A DNA stretch of 63,185 bases, filler included, from Candidatus Woesearchaeota archaeon (lineage in GTDB: Archaea > Nanobdellota > Nanobdellia > Woesearchaeales > DATGWN01), in assembly GCA_047603125.1 (NCBI GenBank). It is 6 parts of 5 records of this genome, joined end to end, with 100 filler letters (N's around TTAATTAATTAA, not from the genome) between each part and the next. Parts side by side here need not be neighbours in the genome. Positions count along the whole stretch, not along the records: positions 12,991 to 28,817 come from JBLKOU010000023.1; positions 28,918 to 44,250 come from JBLKOU010000024.1; 4 more parts are not named here. One strand, 5' to 3'. The notes under the pieces were generated by a model. The model was given only the letters and a program-made list of their open reading frames with translations. It was not told the DNA's origin and did no database searches. Position 1 is the first letter of the stretch, and every line of letters begins with the position of its first letter. A program made the translations under genes and the position numbers. This document shows positions 20,501-29,057 of the stretch, piece by piece.

Positions 20501-22697
20501 TTTGTTTACTTATGACACTACCATTCACATACACTCGTGAATCAGCAACTCGCCCTAAATTTCGACCAATTACTCCCCCTATCTTTCTTAAACCAGTAAT
20601 ATTTCCAATAACATAAACAGTTGAATTTTCTAATTTTCCAAAATTAGATCCAATTAAACCACCAACTCTTTCATTGCCAGTAATGCTATTAATTTTTAAT
20701 TTACTGTTTTTAATTTGTGTTAAGTGGTGTGTTATTGAAAACAACCCAATATTATCATCAGTACTATTTATTGTTAAATTATGAATTTTGTAATTATTAC
20801 CATCAAATGTTCTCATAAAACGATGAGAATTATTTCCGATTGGTTTAAAACCTTGACAAGAACCGTCATTACAATTCCAATTGGCTGTTTGAGAACAATC
20901 AATATCAGAACCAAGAATATAATGAGATCTTAAATTTTCAGGATAATTATTTATGTTTTGCAATTGTAAACAATTTACAATAACAAAAGGATCTGCATAC
21001 GTTCCCGAACCAGAATAAAAGTCATCATCTTCAAAAAGATCTAAATTAATATATTCTATGAAATTAAGTTCTCCATAACTAATATTAATTTTAAAAATAT
21101 AATTTTCTCCTGATTCTAATAACGTTGCATTTAGGTTTGCAAAAATATTATTTTCTCCAATTATTGTGATTCCTGTAGTATTCCAATTTTCGTCACCTTC
21201 TTTTTGAAAAGAAACATTAATATGATCATAATTTTCATCAAAAACTCCTCGAAATTCGATTCGTTCACTAAAAGCATAAATATGTGAATTATTTGTTGGT
21301 GAATAGTAGTAAAATTCGGAATACGAAGCAGGTTCATTTAACTGGAGTAATGCACTTACATTAATTAATCCCGCACCCTGGTGGATTTTTGTATATCCTA
21401 AATCAGAAGCTGTTGCTCGTATAGAATCTTTAATCTCTTGTGGAGTCCAACTTGGATGTTTTTCTAATAACAGTGCTATTGCACCCGCCACATGTGGTGT
21501 AGCCATTGAAGTACCTTCCATCACTTCATAAGAATTCATTGGTACAGCAGCATTAACATCATGACCTATAGCTAGAATATCTGGTTTCAACGTAATTCGT
21601 TCTAAATTGTTTTCATCAAACCAAATAACAGGACCACGCGATGAAAAACTCATTAATGAATTTGTTTTGTTTACAGCGCCTACTGTTATAGCTTTCAAGG
21701 AAGAACCTGGACTGGTAATAGTATAATTATTTGAACCACTATTACCCGCACCAATCACAGCAGAAACATTTGCCAAAAATGCATTATTTATCGCAATAGT
21801 TGCAGGATTATTTATTGATTCTAAAGTATCCAATCCTAAACTTAAACTCAGAATATCTGCCCCATCAACAATAGCATTCTCCATTGCGGCAACAATATTA
21901 CTTTCTAAACAAGAGCTATAAGTACATGCAGTATATGCTAAAATTGACGCACCAGGTGCAACACCTTTCAATGTTCCATTTCCCGCAGCGGTAGCAGCTA
22001 CATGTGTTCCATGATCTCCTTCAAAATCAAATACATCTGGAGAATCTAAAATATGATGCCAACCACCAATTATTTTTTCACACTCTCCATCTAAAAATTC
22101 TTGTTGAGTACAACCTCCTAAATCTGGATGAGTATAATCAAAACCAGAATCTATGATTGCGATTTTAACTCCTTTCCCGGTTAAACAGGGTTTTTCAGTA
22201 ATAGTACAATCGTTTCCGTCTTCATCTAGCTGACCTGCTTGAATTCCATTTTGAATATGTGGGACAGATTCCTCAAGTAATAATTCAAAATTTCGATTCT
22301 TATGTACTCGTTTCACACCATTTAATTGTGCGATTGCTTTTGCTTGCTCGTCAGTAATGTCCAAAGAGAAGCCGTTAAAAACTGTTTGGTAAGTAAATCG
22401 AGGAACTATTGGCTCAGGAACGCTTAATATCCCAATCCCTTGTTGAGGTGGACTTACTAGCGCAGTAACTTGCTCTAACACAGAATCTTGCTGTGATTGA
22501 ATCGTTTGTAAATGAGAATGTTCATCAAAACTCGACAAACCCATAATACCTAGACCGCCATTTTGTTGTGCTTTTGCTTGTGCAACAACGAGTGGTGGTT
22601 CTTCAAGTTCAATAATATACCCCTGGTATTGTGGACTTGCAAATGTAACTGTTAAAAACAAACTAAAAAGAATTACCCCTACACACCAACCCCTCAT
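14529..22697 (-). CDS. Giant membrane-anchored multidomain S8 (subtilisin/Vpr-like) protease with GLUG-like repeats, SGNH/GDSL hydrolase, MBG and Ig-like domains
   Basis: Signal peptide; I9 propeptide (YQTVFNGFS); triad IIDSG / HGTHVAATAAG / GTSMATPHVAG; GGLIG repeats; VLVGDSI...DGLHFN; acidic linker and C-terminal TM. Confidence 0.9.
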   Translation of the reverse strand: MRGWCVGVILFSLFLTVTFASPQYQGYIIELEEPPLVVAQAKAQQNGGLGIMGLSSFDEHSHLQTIQSQQDSVLEQVTALVSPPQQGIGILSVPEPIVPRFTYQTVFNGFSLDITDEQAKAIAQLNGVKRVHKNRNFELLLEESVPHIQNGIQAGQLDEDGNDCTITEKPCLTGKGVKIAIIDSGFDYTHPDLGGCTQQEFLDGECEKIIGGWHHILDSPDVFDFEGDHGTHVAATAAGNGTLKGVAPGASILAYTACTYSSCLESNIVAAMENAIVDGADILSLSLGLDTLESINNPATIAINNAFLANVSAVIGAGNSGSNNYTITSPGSSLKAITVGAVNKTNSLMSFSSRGPVIWFDENNLERITLKPDILAIGHDVNAAVPMNSYEVMEGTSMATPHVAGAIALLLEKHPSWTPQEIKDSIRATASDLGYTKIHQGAGLINVSALLQLNEPASYSEFYYYSPTNNSHIYAFSERIEFRGVFDENYDHINVSFQKEGDENWNTTGITIIGENNIFANLNATLLESGENYIFKINISYGELNFIEYINLDLFEDDDFYSGSGTYADPFVIVNCLQLQNINNYPENLRSHYILGSDIDCSQTANWNCNDGSCQGFKPIGNNSHRFMRTFDGNNYKIHNLTINSTDDNIGLFSITHHLTQIKNSKLKINSITGNERVGGLIGSNFGKLENSTVYVIGNITGLRKIGGVIGRNLGRVADSRVYVNGSVISKQNIAGGFIGSSYSIPYHESYVRNSTAIINGLVKTKTTSSAGGFMGFLADGILEYVNVTLNGKVNSNQNSAGGLVGSLGSGIVSNAIINITGIISSNQDHAGGIIGTRSLSNGKSPVTNISVFVSGNITAVKNAGGFIGYLMSDYLLSSTLNLTGNILSEESAGGAVGRNQYGNIVNITVYNSGFIGTTINYTGGLIGYNRRDMHNSSGYFYLNSSVFSEGRSGLHIGYSEQGTIENTNVTVFNSNGSVTFLDWNETFFEQGDVLKQINISKNYAYINSSNSQFNSSAILSLYGTGVLNGIIYRNNNICSPEICSIIDVNEDNYTFSVTGWSAYSIQQSYFEHPYSYSFSSDPRQFGWHYVHYPQSIIEEGGWSQPVATPDAYMWRSPQIEVEPFDYYKITVVANGTGNVHIVSLYYNESLDWGRLHVYDYENPFDTDGIELITQNWNIFNSSQPPSEIVTYEVIVQAPITANTTSIMIGGENVDFYNVTFEQSSKAELLTWTDSLYAQVPSLNYEPESFRHQYTPRTLEKLEEGDNVTIVLVGDSIMLDIGNSPLAEFIEQNYTGSNVKIISAVGSGTSIGQWNDSQNWNWPDKDLDFEKAILDYQPDMVIFGGVSNNNEQYATVPDAFEDIIDKVRYNISTLYGYDVDVVIMTGTNEANGNNFQEFAVPNIFTILQSVAEEKQTGFINLNEISQNYFLYSAFEGTSQEFFYRDGLHFNHYGKDILARIIAAWFSKDETEHFMYFPTMPENQTLTYGQVWEGVQFEVSSSLPIDTFWVNDTTHFTINQSGFLNWTQPLHVGEYYVNVSVNDTSGDSVSTIFNLNITQRSIEITADDRSKTFGDSDPTLTYQITSGSLAYGDTITGSLTRNTGESVGTYDITQGTLSIDNIENYDFTFIGGTFTINNVALTGTITGTTPISYGAVSDINVLSENVGDDDISYFLYRNEQQVFIPDITVLGAGTYNYVFNATGGQNYTANPSIDTFTLVVNQDTSPCTVQFNETSPVTYPQTFRVWSDCTSDFTLYQNETPITNDSVRSLEPGTYQFSVNRTDTQNYTQTFNQESFTIQSPGAPLITIISPENQVYTTNTIPLDITVTGEQIDTIWFYWNETNQTYEAPQTLIASDGEHTLTVWANNTLGQVSQEQVSFEVDTAVWVTILSPIEQLYTNTTILIEFNASESAQSIWYTWNGTNHTYEQPITRYFANGENTLIAFANSSSGIINQSTVTFTVNESYTPDAFTINSISIKPNISQSFVPVQVTLDIENTTPLQNITLDQKAFTFIEGTTWQVDTLAKSEFTLEVTENNQTYQQHVPHIIDNQPPITSLNASINSIFIDYTQWQNDSITIHLQASDMHGVNKTQYRFAGGSWQTYLEPFQVHNSTSLFIRSLDTAGNLELPQRYDFSIATIQPKITQVEPHTNVGKNTTFSTSFTIYSPDYEPINPQIMFNQTIHSLSELSASLVTSMYSYSYSFLSPNQTGIYNYTVLFEDIFGNVHQQNSSIEVVSQPIVTASLKNSSFIPTNINSINFTIANANLSESYYVLNQTQTSLENYSGQVAIDEIIDQITFNLSSLAGDRYIYTFEYFLDDQPPIIEKINTLPAIISDTFLLQVTINKSTYEYAYPLAKYITLHENMTPENATQMQEEHDLVLEPTSFDPDSHTYEFLINSRLFADGQTNLTIAAIDLYGNLGTDTFQVFINNTQTIQTSVLQRIADFTQTPLESQISHITGLNSSDVSASARRLQSNELALDNEFVKEQLQLYTVNASTYGNATIYAYYADTFSNPAIYHDVDKNQTYSQRLPVSIHQQNTPYGILFSFSTPSFSDFVLVEEYPQCTIGQQITEDCICAQSVESSGYCCASGHQSSSCSPPPPNEDDSDDSNGNGGGSILLYNPDDIIDSPADTEDEDTQPEDTTDSEEQDEQEDSQSTAQTTTNATQTNMTETSESPSEGYSLQDYVWFSLLGAMALVVVSFGTYMFVSAVTKKRPRKTLVKPLD

Positions 22698-22719
22698 ACA
22701 GTTTCTTCGAAGTTAGTAT

Positions 22720-24819
22720 TTATAAAGGTTTTTTTTGCAAATGAGCCTTTTTTATCGTTATTGATGCGCAATTTTGTGATTGTTCATCTATGAGAAATTC
22801 ATCAATTATGATTTTTTCTTTAAACATTGGTGCATCTAAAACCAAACTTTCATATTCTCCTCCCTCGCCTGCAATATTGAGCCCAAGTGTTTTTTCTAAT
22901 TGTTCTAAGCTTGCTAGATGCTTGTGTGTGAGTGGAGTTGCAAGCCATGTTTTATCAAGTCCGTCTGCTGCAATTTTTGTGAGTATGACTTCAAATCCTT
23001 GATTTATAATGCTGTTAACTTCTTCTTTTTGATTAATATGCCATAATGGCGAATATACTTGAATACCTAGATTTTGTGCAATCGTGTCTATTCTATTTCT
23101 CTGATATGTTGAGTAGAGCGCACCTGTGACAATCCCATCAATATTGTACGTGTCTATTGCTCGCTTGATAAGTTCTTGTAAATCCTCTAACTCAGCTTCT
23201 TTCTCACCCGTGGTTTCTTGATATTCGATTGGAATATCAAGTGCTTTTGCTTGGAGTTTGGTTATATCAATTGCTGGCGTGTGAAACATATAGGAATCTT
23301 GATTCGTACTTTTTATTGTGAGTAGACAAACAATGGGATATTGCTGCTTTGCCATAATATGCATTGCATACACGCTGTCTTTTCCAGAAGAAAATAACAC
23401 TGCTAAGCACTGATTTTGTGGGGGAAAAAAGGTATGTAAATATGCAGAACGGGAAGAAAACCCGTGCTTTTTTGCCAGTTTTTGCAGTGCTTTATCAAAT
23501 CTGCTTCCGTATTGTGCTGCCTTTTTTGGTCGATACGCAAATTGATCAGGTATTCCTATATGTTTTGCTGTGTCTCGCAAAATTTTCTTTTTTATATCAC
23601 CGTCAATTTTATCTTCACCCGGAATGGAGAGTGCATATTCGATAAGTTTCGTATCTAAAAATGGAAGACGCAGTTCTATAGAATGATACATGGTAATAAC
23701 ATCATCTCTGTATAAATCCCGTTCATACATTTTTTGTAATCCACTGACGCATTCTTGATTAATATTTGTGCTATTTTCATGGCGCTGATATCCTGCAAAT
23801 AATTCTTCAGAACCTAGTCCAGAAAATAATACTTTGATGCCATCTTTTTTGGCTTGCTCACAACAAACAAAAAATGGCAAGGCAACACCAACTTTGACAA
23901 CATTGGAACTTTCAATTATAGGAACAACTTTTTTGACATATTCATGCACTTGTTCTTGTGTGATGATACATTCGCGAACATCCAACCCCAATTCTTCTCT
24001 TGCTTTTCTTGCCATGAGTAAATCGCTTGACTCCTCACCCACACTTGCAATATAACAAGGAACGGTATATCCTAATTGTTTGAGTACATAGGCAATATAA
24101 ACAGAGTCAATACCTCCTGAAAACAATAATCCAAATGGTTTTTGCGGGATGCGTACATGAATGGCTTCTTTGAGAAGGTGTGCAATTGTTTCTTGTTTTC
24201 TTTTTTGCGTATCCGATGTGTGCTCAGGGATTTGAAAAAAAGGTCGCAGTATTTTCTCTAACGTATTTGTTTGTATAGTATATTTGAGAATATGTCGCGG
24301 ATAGAGTTCACGAATATAGGCAGGATTGAGTTGCTTAAGAGCTTTTTTCTCGCTTGCAAATGCAAATGTTTTACCATCATAATAATAAAAGAGCGGCTTT
24401 TCCCCTAAAATATCTCGAGCCAGCGTCACTGTATTTTCACTCCAATGGCAAAAAGCATATACACCATTAATATGTTCTAATGGTTTAGATTCTCTTACAA
24501 GCTCAAACAAAAGACCTGCATCATTATCGGCGTGAACGTTATGAATGGTTGCTAATTCTTTCCAGTTATAAATTTCGCAATTTGCAACAAAAAAACTTGT
24601 TTGTTTGTGTAAGGGTTGTAAAACATGGGAAACAACAGAATGGAGACGATGCGCAATTGCGTGGGGTTGATTTTCTAATGATGGGATTTTATTAGACGTG
24701 ACTTGTTTACTTGTCGCTACACCAAATCCGTCCATTCCTCGGTTTTTGAGGAGTGTTAACCCATTTTCAATAAATTCTTTTGTTTGGTTGGAATGAAATA
24801 TTCCTAAAATCGCGCACAT
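22720..24819 (-). CDS. Fusion of glutamine-hydrolysing asparagine synthase (AsnB-like) and diphthine-ammonia ligase (Dph6)
   Basis: Ntn start MCAILG, NCEIYN, ARD.LGEKPLFY, LFSGGIDS, ELRLPFLD; second PP-loop LFSSGKDS, SYMFH, GEGGEYESLVLDAPMF. Confidence 0.88.
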   Translation of the reverse strand: MCAILGIFHSNQTKEFIENGLTLLKNRGMDGFGVATSKQVTSNKIPSLENQPHAIAHRLHSVVSHVLQPLHKQTSFFVANCEIYNWKELATIHNVHADNDAGLLFELVRESKPLEHINGVYAFCHWSENTVTLARDILGEKPLFYYYDGKTFAFASEKKALKQLNPAYIRELYPRHILKYTIQTNTLEKILRPFFQIPEHTSDTQKRKQETIAHLLKEAIHVRIPQKPFGLLFSGGIDSVYIAYVLKQLGYTVPCYIASVGEESSDLLMARKAREELGLDVRECIITQEQVHEYVKKVVPIIESSNVVKVGVALPFFVCCEQAKKDGIKVLFSGLGSEELFAGYQRHENSTNINQECVSGLQKMYERDLYRDDVITMYHSIELRLPFLDTKLIEYALSIPGEDKIDGDIKKKILRDTAKHIGIPDQFAYRPKKAAQYGSRFDKALQKLAKKHGFSSRSAYLHTFFPPQNQCLAVLFSSGKDSVYAMHIMAKQQYPIVCLLTIKSTNQDSYMFHTPAIDITKLQAKALDIPIEYQETTGEKEAELEDLQELIKRAIDTYNIDGIVTGALYSTYQRNRIDTIAQNLGIQVYSPLWHINQKEEVNSIINQGFEVILTKIAADGLDKTWLATPLTHKHLASLEQLEKTLGLNIAGEGGEYESLVLDAPMFKEKIIIDEFLIDEQSQNCASITIKKAHLQKKPL

Positions 24820-24857
24820 ACTTGTGTGAGCTTTAGGGTATTTATAAAGATGGTTGT

Positions 24858-25481
24858 CTACAATATAAAAAATATCGCAATATAATGCGCAAGTGCGCCA
24901 AAAATAACAAAGACATGCCAAATTTCATGAAAACCAAATTGACGTGTGTTGGGTCGCTCAAAGGCAAAAAATAAGAAACCAACAGTGTAAAAAATTCCCC
25001 CTGCAATGATTCCCACTTGTTGTATGAGCATAAGTGACTGCTCAATTATTAGGTAGAGAAAAAAGCCAAACCAACCAAGTGTGAGATAAATGGTGCTGGT
25101 AATATATTTTGGCAAATGTGAATAAAACAAACGCAGAAAAAAACCAATGAGTAAAAGTAGCCACACACTTCCAAATAATGTCCAGCCGATGGGTGTTCGT
25201 GAATATACGAGTAAAAACGGCGTAAAGGTTCCACCAATGAGTAAAAATATAGATGTATAATCCAATGTTTTGAGCAGCGTGGACGCTGGAAAGCTATGAT
25301 GGAGTGTGCTTGCAAAAAATAAGAGAATGAGACTCGCACTATATATACTCATTGCGACAATTACATAGGCGTCTTTTGTCAATGCACTTTGAACAATAAG
25401 AAATGCCCCTCCAAAAACGGCAAGGCAAGTTGCAAATAAATGGGTAATAGTATTTATGCGTTGATCTTGATTCATAGTCAT
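24858..25481 (-). CDS. Hemolysin III / PAQR family membrane protein
   Basis: NTITH, ASTLHH, LD..SIFLLIGGTFTP, FHEIWHVFV motifs. Confidence 0.92.
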   Translation of the reverse strand: MTMNQDQRINTITHLFATCLAVFGGAFLIVQSALTKDAYVIVAMSIYSASLILLFFASTLHHSFPASTLLKTLDYTSIFLLIGGTFTPFLLVYSRTPIGWTLFGSVWLLLLIGFFLRLFYSHLPKYITSTIYLTLGWFGFFLYLIIEQSLMLIQQVGIIAGGIFYTVGFLFFAFERPNTRQFGFHEIWHVFVIFGALAHYIAIFFIL

Positions 25482-25528
25482 AGGGTTTGATGCACAACTT
25501 TATAAATGTGTATGGGATTAAATCAGAT

Positions 25529-25831
25529 ATGTTATTGATTCACAAATTCACACTCGCATGGGCTGGAATTATTGTCCTTGGTATTCTTGTTATTGTTTTG
25601 ACAGGGGGTCGAACCGTGGAAGTTGAGTGTATTGATGGGAGTATCCAGTCAGATATACGACTATGCCCACAGTGTGCAGTCGATGATGATTGTGATATAG
25701 ATCAAGTATGTAATTTGCGTGGACGCTGTGAACCAAAGCAATGTCGTCTTTCTTCAGATTGTGAAGGTCGCTCCAATAGCTGTATTTTTAATCAATGTAT
25801 CAACACAGGTGCAGATACAATTCCGGTTTAA
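25529..25831 (+). CDS. Small membrane-anchored Cys-rich protein
   Basis: N-terminal TM; C..D.DC...QVC....C repeats. Confidence 0.65.
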   Translation: MLLIHKFTLAWAGIIVLGILVIVLTGGRTVEVECIDGSIQSDIRLCPQCAVDDDCDIDQVCNLRGRCEPKQCRLSSDCEGRSNSCIFNQCINTGADTIPV

Positions 25832-25992
25832 TCGTTGTGAAGATCTGCAAGACAAGGTGAACAAACAGGGACAACATATGCATAGACAACTTGTTCTTTT
25901 GCACCACACCAAAAACATTCTTTCATTTTAAGTTCCTCATTTTGACGATTAGTATACTATTTAGTATACTTGTTTATAAACATATGGCTATT

Positions 25993-26838
25993 TCAATCTC
26001 TATTTTTTTGTAGTCTTTTTGTCAGCATCGCAAGGAGTGCGCTGAACATCAGCAATCCAAAAATCAATGGGATGTGAAGTGATTGGTCGTGCGAGTAAGA
26101 GGCAAGAATCACTCCATCTACTTGTATGGAAAATGATTTTTGAGAAATGGCATATGTGTGCGTTCCCTCATAAATTTTATACGGAGTGCCTTGGATACTT
26201 GCAGTAAATGTCGTGTCGCTTCGAATGTGGAGTGCATGTCTGGTTCCCCCTAAAATTTGTACATTTGGAAGGGGTGCTTGTGTTATTGTGATTGTTTTGT
26301 TTTGAGTTATGTTTTGTACCGTAATTTCTATTGTGTGGTTTCCTGGATGCAGTTGATGGGAAAAGTAAAAATTAAGTGTTTGTGTATCAAAGGCCGCAAT
26401 TGTTTTGGTTTGTGTCTGATTAAGGAGGTGTACCAAGATATCTTCCTGGTGGTTTCCTTTATTATTTACCTGTATTTGCAAATGAATATCTTCATACTTT
26501 CTTGTTGGTGTGTGTAAAGTGACATTGGAACTGAGATTTCTTACTATACTATCCGTTGTTTGCACCTGTACTGGCACTTGAACAAAATACTGGGGTTGTT
26601 CTATTTTTGCCAATTGTAGATAACAAGTTGTATTGGCAATATAGGGAACAGTCATATATAACGACGCATTCGTCCATTCGCACGAGTCTTTGACAATAAG
26701 ATCAGTGCTCGAAGTGAGAAGAGGGACTTTTGTTGGAGTGTTTATTGCTACCTCCATCTCAATTTGGGCGGGTGAGACAATGATGGCAAAACTAAGATTG
26801 CAAAGCAATAATATGTAAATTACCCATATAGGTGCCAT
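25993..26838 (-). CDS. Secreted, C-terminally anchored beta-sandwich (CARDB-like) protein
   Basis: Signal peptide, VNNKGN..E motif, C-terminal TM. Confidence 0.6.
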   Translation of the reverse strand: MAPIWVIYILLLCNLSFAIIVSPAQIEMEVAINTPTKVPLLTSSTDLIVKDSCEWTNASLYMTVPYIANTTCYLQLAKIEQPQYFVQVPVQVQTTDSIVRNLSSNVTLHTPTRKYEDIHLQIQVNNKGNHQEDILVHLLNQTQTKTIAAFDTQTLNFYFSHQLHPGNHTIEITVQNITQNKTITITQAPLPNVQILGGTRHALHIRSDTTFTASIQGTPYKIYEGTHTYAISQKSFSIQVDGVILASYSHDQSLHIPLIFGLLMFSALLAMLTKRLQKNRD

Positions 26839-27925
26839 GACTCACCCCCTGTTTTGGCTTGACAATAATTTGTAAATTCATTGAGGTTGCAGGTTTGTGG
26901 TGCTCATATTCTGGAATGATTTGAACGGACTCAAATGTTATTTGAGGCGAATATACGGTATATTCATAGACTTGATTCACTGAGCCCGTGTTTGTTATTG
27001 TAATGTTTTGCCCGAAATGTGTTTGATTAATTTTCTCAAAATAAAATTGAGACTTGACTTGAAGTCCTAAGGATTCCATACGAATAATATCAATATATTG
27101 CGTCTGTGTTTTGGTTTCTCCATCCGTTGCATACCACTCAATTGTATATTCGCCAGCATATGAGGGCACGGGAATTTTAATTGTTTGATTATACGCAATG
27201 GTGTTTTCTTGATTGTGAATTCTATAAACAATAGACACCGTATCAAGGCCGTTTGGATCTGTTATATTTGGCTGTATTTCTAGATATGTGTCCATGCCTG
27301 AAATATGATGCCCGGGTTTTGGACTTCTGTCAGGGGTGAGAATACGATATCCATGAAGCTGCACAGGATAATTTTCAATTGTAAGAGCGTAGGTAATATT
27401 TGCCTGCGTGGGATCTACTTGCAAGTGAGGATCATAATGGGTTGTTTTTGGTTCATAGTGTAATTGTGGCTCAAAGGCTTCCTGGTTATTGGTACTATTT
27501 GAAATTCTCACTAAAGGTCTGTCTCTTGCTGGTGCTGCTGGTTGTTCTTGAAAAAAGGTTTGGTTATCTAAGTCTGCCCAGCCAATGGTTTCAAGAATAG
27601 TTTGGTTATATCGTAATTGAATGGCTCCTCTGACATTTACTAATCGCAGATATGTCTGAAAATCAGCAGGAGTATCATGTTCGGCTACTAGAAAATATCG
27701 GTTTTGTGGTATTGTTCCATGTAATTCTAGACGCTCCCAATCAGTTCGGCCATTTGATTTGTATAATTGATAGTCTTGCAAGTGAATGGTTTGATTCGTT
27801 GGATTATAAAACTCAATCCACTCAAACCCCGCATCTGGACCTGGAGGGTCGTAGAGTATTGCCGTTATTTGTGGGTGCGCTATTGCTATTGTTGTGCTTA
27901 AGAGGATCAGGAGTATGTATCTCAT
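26792..27925 (-). CDS. Lamin-tail-domain (LTD) secreted protein
   Basis: ITAILYDPPGPDAGFEWIEFYNPT..TIHL.DY.L signature. Confidence 0.85.
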   Translation of the reverse strand: MRYILLILLSTTIAIAHPQITAILYDPPGPDAGFEWIEFYNPTNQTIHLQDYQLYKSNGRTDWERLELHGTIPQNRYFLVAEHDTPADFQTYLRLVNVRGAIQLRYNQTILETIGWADLDNQTFFQEQPAAPARDRPLVRISNSTNNQEAFEPQLHYEPKTTHYDPHLQVDPTQANITYALTIENYPVQLHGYRILTPDRSPKPGHHISGMDTYLEIQPNITDPNGLDTVSIVYRIHNQENTIAYNQTIKIPVPSYAGEYTIEWYATDGETKTQTQYIDIIRMESLGLQVKSQFYFEKINQTHFGQNITITNTGSVNQVYEYTVYSPQITFESVQIIPEYEHHKPATSMNLQIIVKPKQGVSHGTYMGNLHIIALQS

Positions 27926-28035
27926 ACAATACGAGTTTGTTTTGTTGTTAAAAAGACCTTAGGTGTGTTTATCGAAAAAGTTTCAATGGTGATTATGTTG
28001 TTCTAGACGAGAATGGTAGGTAGATTTAAATAGTG

Positions 28036-28479
28036 CTATTTTTTCTTTAGACCAACATATCCACCAAGCATTGTCACTGCTACACCGACAAGAAGAGAAA
28101 AGCCATAGCCTCCAATGACGCCGATAATAAAAAAGATATACATGATATCTCCAAAGATTTCTCCTACCTCTTTTATGGGTTCATAGAGTGTTGTGAAAAA
28201 GTAGGTGAGCACCATATTTATTGTTGATAAGAATGCTTGAAATAAACCCAAAATTAAGCCAAAGAGTGCTGCATGTTTGAGCTTTCCTTTACATGTTCGC
28301 GTAACAAGCCAGCCTGCATAAAAATAAATAGCGTATCCTGCAAGTGCAAAGAATCCGGATATAAGATAAAAAATCATATGTTGTGTATGATCTGCTAAAA
28401 AAAAGATAGTCAGAAAAGATACTGCTGTTAGTACAATCATAAATACTGCTGGAAGAAATAATACTTTTTTGTATTTCAT
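28036..28479 (-). CDS. Four-TM hypothetical membrane protein
   Basis: ATG at 28479 downstream of a TATA-like TTTATAAA at about 28501; four hydrophobic helices. Confidence 0.65.
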   Translation of the reverse strand: MKYKKVLFLPAVFMIVLTAVSFLTIFFLADHTQHMIFYLISGFFALAGYAIYFYAGWLVTRTCKGKLKHAALFGLILGLFQAFLSTINMVLTYFFTTLYEPIKEVGEIFGDIMYIFFIIGVIGGYGFSLLVGVAVTMLGGYVGLKKK

Positions 28480-28538
28480 ATGATTGTATTTGTATTTGTG
28501 TTTATAAAAATAACGAGAATTTAGTTGCCGACAATAAC

Positions 28539-28638
28539 AAATTATAATACCTTGGCGCAGAATCAGAATTTTGAGGAGTTGCGCACCGGAGAAATTCGCG
28601 AGATGAACCACTGTTCAAAGATCGCCGTATTATAATTT
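28539..28638 (-). ncRNA. Structured intergenic element, family copy B
   Basis: Minus strand: AAATTATAATAC-GGCG-AT...TGAAC-AGTG-GTTCA...GC-GAATTT...AAATTC-TGATTCTG-CGCC-AAG-GTATTATAATTT. Confidence 0.55.
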
Positions 28639-28817
28639 ACTTATGTCCAAAACTAATTTGGACGTGTTCATAAATTGGTTAGAAGTTAAATAATAAATTC
28701 TCTTGATGCACTTGAGTCTGTAAGCTTAATTTTGTTTCGTATTGGGATTTTTTACTAGTATGCACAAAAAGTTCATGTCATTTTCGGTTACGGTTTGTAA
28801 ACTCATAGTTTATACAT

Positions 28818-28917
28818 NNNNNNNNNNNNNNNNNNNNNNNNNNNNNNNNNNNNNNNNNNNNTTAATTAATTAANNNNNNNNNNNNNNNNNNNNNNNNNNN
28901 NNNNNNNNNNNNNNNNN
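28818..28917. other. Artificial contig linker
   Basis: N44-TTAATTAATTAA-N44. Confidence 0.98.
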
Positions 28918-29057
28918 ACAAAATTACAAAATGCATTTACGTATGCAACACAATCAAGTGCGTATACAATTACACGAAAATGAACCTTGTTAACAAAACA
29001 TTTATAAATATAGTTTCTCAAAAGTATACTATATTCATTTTATGAGGTTTCATAAAA

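Noticed and set aside
24820..24921. Upstream extension of the AsnB-Dph6 ORF; similar extensions at 28480-28611, 52325-52516 and 59490-59615
   Set aside because: Ntn hydrolases need Cys at position 2 (MCAILG). The other extensions overlap neighbouring genes, promoters or the structured element.
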